A stretch of DNA of 64,000 nucleotides, taken from assembly GCF_037042905.1 (NCBI RefSeq), contig NC_087245.1, forward strand, positions 1,426,001 through 1,490,000, given 5' to 3'. The stretch comes from Lytechinus pictus (taxonomy: Eukaryota). Below are positions 61,601 to 64,000 of the stretch, one piece after another. Under the pieces are notes generated by a model that was not told the DNA's origin, made no database searches, and was given only the letters and a program-made list of their open reading frames with translations. A program made the position numbers and the translations under genes. Numbering within the stretch: the first letter of the stretch is position 1; every line of letters starts with the position of its first letter.

Positions 61601-63863
61601 ACATTTACCCCCTTCGCTCTTTGAAATTGCAACAGGAAAACAAATCGAAGACTGGTATGCAATCTTCAGGAACAAAATTATTTTTCATTACAAACTATAA
61701 TTCATGAAAAGAAGAAACCAAAGGCGATTTTTAGTGAAACATTGAGGCCACCGTCTTAAAGCCCAGAATGCAAAAATCACAAAATAGTTTCGGACTTTCG
61801 TTGCGCAGCATCATCATCGTACTTGCAAGGGAATATTCACCCTTTTTTATTCATTCTGGAAAATAAAGGTATTTGGTATGCTGTGATTTCACCCAAAACA
61901 GATTATCGTCGTAATTATACACTTTGCAAATGATCTGTATACAAGGGGGTAAAGAGACCATTCATGAGTAGCGTGACAATAGGCAATGAAAAAAAGTACC
62001 AGAGCAGACAACAAAGCAATATCGATGGAACCCGACTTGTCCGCGCGTGCTGATTGCCCTTATGCATTTTTGTACACAGTGCCTATTGACTTGGGGAAAA
62101 AGCGAAGATTTGACAAAATAACACGACTTTTTCCTCGTAAATTTCTTAACTATTCTGTTGATTTGAGAAGCGAGACCTTTAGTTCTAGAAAGAAAAATGT
62201 CTGATCTTTCATCTTTACATTCACTAAAAATCCTGAAAATACTTCAGTTTGGCGCAATTAGCAATAGATTAGAAAAAACACCCGAAAACACCGCCACAGA
62301 TCCAAATACCAGCAATGTACAAAAACGGCTCCGCTGCAGGGAGAGGTATCCGGTTTCGCGGGCCCGCACGCAAAGGGTTAATCTAGCTCTGTTTCACTTA
62401 TGTGGCGAGCATCATGCAAGACATATATCCATCCATTTGAGGGATGGGGGGGGGGTGAGTGAATTAGATAAAATAGAAGGAATCTGTCCAAGAGATTTGT
62501 CCAGGATAGTATGTTTCAGAGTCTTCTTTAGCTAAGTGTTAGTGTGAGTGTGTATGAGTTACGTCTCTGTGTGTGGGTTTCGGTGCAGATGTGCATATAA
62601 TAATCAAATGTGAGGGCGTACATGAGTATTTGTTCATGTTAACGAACATGCACACAATTAATGTGTTTATATTGAAAACAAAAACAAGGAATGATTTGAG
62701 TTGCATAGGTTCATTAACTTTCTAGGACCAATTTTCTTTAATGCCTTTTTGGTTGCACAAGCTTTATTAGATATATATACAGTGCGTCCCCCCCAACAAA
62801 AAAAAACGAGGTTTAGCGATGATTTGTCATATCTTAATCACAAATATAATAGACAAATGACCTATCATTGTAAAGCTTCGAATCTCCTCTTTCAGATATT
62901 ATAGCATACAATATTTCTTATCCACGCATGAGTGAGTAAAAACAATTTGAAGAAAGGATAGCAAAAAGTCATTTGACGGGAGGTATCAAAATATCAAAAA
63001 GAAAATCACATGCCTAAAAAGTTCAATATCTGCTTTTTAATTTGATAGCTAAATAGCAGAAAATGGTAAAAAAAAATAAAGCTATGCTTCTATGCTTCTT
63101 CATAAAAATGATCGTTTTCCATAATTTCATGAAACATACATGTTTTCACCGGTTTCTCACCTAAGCTATCGCATGGTTAACAAAAGACTTTATGCATGGC
63201 TGATCGTCAACAAAATGGTGTGTCGAGTAAGTCTGAAAGCAATCCTGTAATACCTCGTCATTTTATGAAACTATTGGAATTCAAGCCTTATTTCAAATAA
63301 ACTGACATTCTTTTTTCTTGACCGTTTTCTGTAATTGAAGCAAATTAAAGAGCAGATATTGAACTTTTTAAAAATTTGATTTTCTTATTGAAACTCAGAT
63401 ACCTCTCGCCAAGTGACTTTTTGGTTTTTCTTTCTTCAAATTGTTTTTGCTCACTAATGCATGAATGATGAATACTCTTAGTTATTTCAAATGAAAGAGG
63501 AGACTAAGCTTTACAATGGTAGGTCATTTGTCTATTGTATTTGTGATTAAGTTATGATAAATCATCCATAAATCTAGGATTTGTTTTTTATGGGACGCAC
63601 TGTATATATATTTTTTTTGAGATGCCAGTTTTACAAGTTTTCTGGCTGACTTGTTTTTTTATTCGTAAAGATTATTTCTGGAGGAAGAATCACAGCTAGT
63701 GGTAAATACAGCTGGACCAACAACATTGAAAGCACAGCTGATAGAGATCTACCCATTATTCAGTCTGAGATCATCTCTCGAATCGCAGCCTCTAGCTCAG
63801 CCTCTTCACGATCTAGACGTCAACTCAGACGTCGTTCCTCTGTTATTTGGCGACGATATGAAG
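43605..63863 (+). CDS. A2M: Alpha-2-macroglobulin/thioester-protein family gene, first 12 coding exons (579 codons), continues beyond the window
   Basis: Exons 43605-43690, 45069-45285, 47232-47403, 47938-47993, 48353-48551, 50542-50629, 52637-52739, 54354-54489, 55297-55406, 56087-56245, 57025-57243, 63671-63863. All are GT-AG and in phase. Signal peptide plus FIQSDKPIYQPGQKVLFRV, FKVQEYVLPKFDV, CAKYTYGQPVRG, YFKPLLPY, WYSPSGSFLQI. Subfamily (A2M, CD109 or CPAMD8) is unresolved and the thioester motif is not in the window. Confidence 0.93.
44040..44290. mobile_element. Hairpin MITE with ~85-bp inverted arms and TA flanks
   Basis: CCTCAATTATATGGATGAAGGTCTAT... versus ...ATAGACCTTCATCCATATAATCGAGG. 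Confidence 0.85.
45069..45285 (+). CDS. A2M: A2M-like exon 2 (MG1; GLVITFPEKVHLNSTERVC...)
   Basis: atcag|, |gtaag. Confidence 0.88.
46190..46797. mobile_element. Kolobok-like ~600-bp palindromic MITE
   Basis: TTAA|AGGACAAGTCCACC ... GGTGGACTTGACCT|TTAA. Confidence 0.88.
47232..47403 (+). CDS. A2M: A2M-like exon 3 (...FIQSDKPIYQPGQK)
   Basis: Hallmark MG2 motif, donor |gttag; acceptor is weak (alternative start at 47262). Confidence 0.85.
47938..47993 (+). CDS. A2M: A2M-like exon 4 (VLFRVMTLLYPSLLPDTEN)
   Basis: tacag|, |gtaag. Confidence 0.92.
48353..48551 (+). CDS. A2M: A2M-like exon 5 (SPSGTRIQQW...LGDWRI...FKVQEY)
   Basis: gacag|, |gtgag. Confidence 0.94.
48944..49732. mobile_element. 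Non-autonomous DNA transposon with GGGGTAAGTTGAGCC / GGCTCAACTTACCCC subrepeats
   Basis: Motif present in both orientations; boundaries approximate. Confidence 0.55.
49745..50131. mobile_element. Short TIR element (CAGACTTGCCAACCA...TGGTTGGCAGGTCTG)
   Basis: 14/15 inverted match; flanks TTGTCA / TTATCA. Confidence 0.75.
50542..50629 (+). CDS. A2M: A2M-like exon 6 (VLPKFDV...ICAK)
   Basis: tgtag|, |gtaag. Confidence 0.95.
51829..52427. mobile_element. Kolobok-like MITE, close relative of 46190-46797
   Basis: Same termini and TTAA flanks, same orientation. Confidence 0.88.
52637..52739 (+). CDS. A2M: A2M-like exon 7 (YTYGQPVRG...)
   Basis: aacag|, |gtgag. Confidence 0.95.
52986..53447. mobile_element. 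MITE with CCCCAAGTCTGCGCA inverted ends
   Basis: CCCCAAGTCTGCGCA ... TGCGCAGACTTGGGG. Confidence 0.7.
53699..54315. mobile_element. Cluster of nested and tandem short MITEs (GGGGTGTTTCACAAAG-type and GGG..GCAAGAAA-type)
   Basis: Inverted ends GTTTCAC/GTGAAAC and TGCAAGAAA/TTTCTTGCA. Confidence 0.6.
54354..54489 (+). CDS. A2M: A2M-like exon 8 (EADEDTGC...FTERGTG)
   Basis: aatag|, |gtaat. Confidence 0.92.
55297..55406 (+). CDS. A2M: A2M-like exon 9 (...YFKPLLPYRGK)
   Basis: taaag|, |gtaag. Confidence 0.93.
56087..56245 (+). CDS. A2M: A2M-like exon 10 (VVLTYPDGSP...DGTADFMIDT...)
   Basis: gtcag|, |gtaat. Confidence 0.93.
57025..57243 (+). CDS. A2M: A2M-like exon 11 (...AWYSPSGSFLQI...FFYR)
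   Basis: cccag|, |gtaag. Confidence 0.93.
57274..62377. mobile_element. Non-autonomous piggyBac-type element, copy 2 (A2M intron 11)
   Basis: TTAA at 57270-57273 and 62378-62381; perfect 13-bp TIR CCCTTTGCGTGCG; homologous to 2623-7159. Confidence 0.93.
57923..58648. mobile_element. 726-bp TIR element with AATT TSD (Sola1-like) nested in piggyBac copy 2
   Basis: Perfect 17-bp TIR CTCGCTACCCCAAATAG, AATT on both sides, absent at the homologous site of copy 1 (near 3280). Confidence 0.88.
62780..63602. mobile_element. Tc1/mariner-like MITE with long imperfect TIRs
   Basis: TA|CAGTGCGTCCC ... GGGACGCACTG|TA. Confidence 0.85.
63671..63863 (+). CDS. A2M: A2M-like exon 12 (IISGGRITASG...RSRRQLRRR...YE)
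   Basis: taaag| acceptor, phase 0; IISGGRI matches the MG5 'SRG.I' motif; donor G|gtacat is less certain. Confidence 0.85.
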
Positions 63864-64000
63864 GTACATTATGATTCTGGACAACTTATTTGATATTATA
63901 AACAAAGGTGAAAATGTTCCCTTCTATCAATGATATGAAGTTAATTGGCCATGATAGGCCATTTGCTCTCTGCCAGCCATGTAAATGTGACTCCCCTCCC

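Noticed and set aside
63699..63893. 64-aa ORF from the track as the A2M exon frame
   Set aside because: The phase-0 frame starting at 63671 carries the family motif; this ORF is a shifted frame.

Overview
Eukaryotic, AT-rich, intron- and transposon-rich genomic DNA from an invertebrate animal; the repeat landscape looks echinoderm-like, which is inference only. It holds two spliced + strand genes. (1) A complete 12-exon MBOAT1/2-family lysophospholipid acyltransferase (CDS 803-26558, 496 aa, catalytic WN and WHG motifs, C-terminal KKDL). (2) The first 12 coding exons of a secreted alpha-2-macroglobulin/TEP-family gene (43605 to >63863), with a TATA/Inr promoter carrying three STAT GAS-like sites and a CRE. 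Between them is an orphan minus-strand exon encoding the C-terminal receptor-binding domain of an A2M-family protein (36208-36310), next to a 2.9-kb foldback element. The most striking feature is a 4.6-kb array of 103 tandem copies of the last 45 coding nt of MBOAT exon 10 (20588-25214). Most repeat junctions regenerate the AAG|GTAACA splice donor and nearly all units carry an acceptor-like TTTCTATCAG, giving a ladder of alternative in-frame 5' splice sites. The rest is non-autonomous DNA transposons (piggyBac, hAT, Kolobok-, Sola-, Tc1- and Helentron-like), SINEs, an RTE LINE fragment and simple repeats. All exon calls were made by hand from GT-AG boundaries, phase continuity and recalled family motifs. 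No database search was run.
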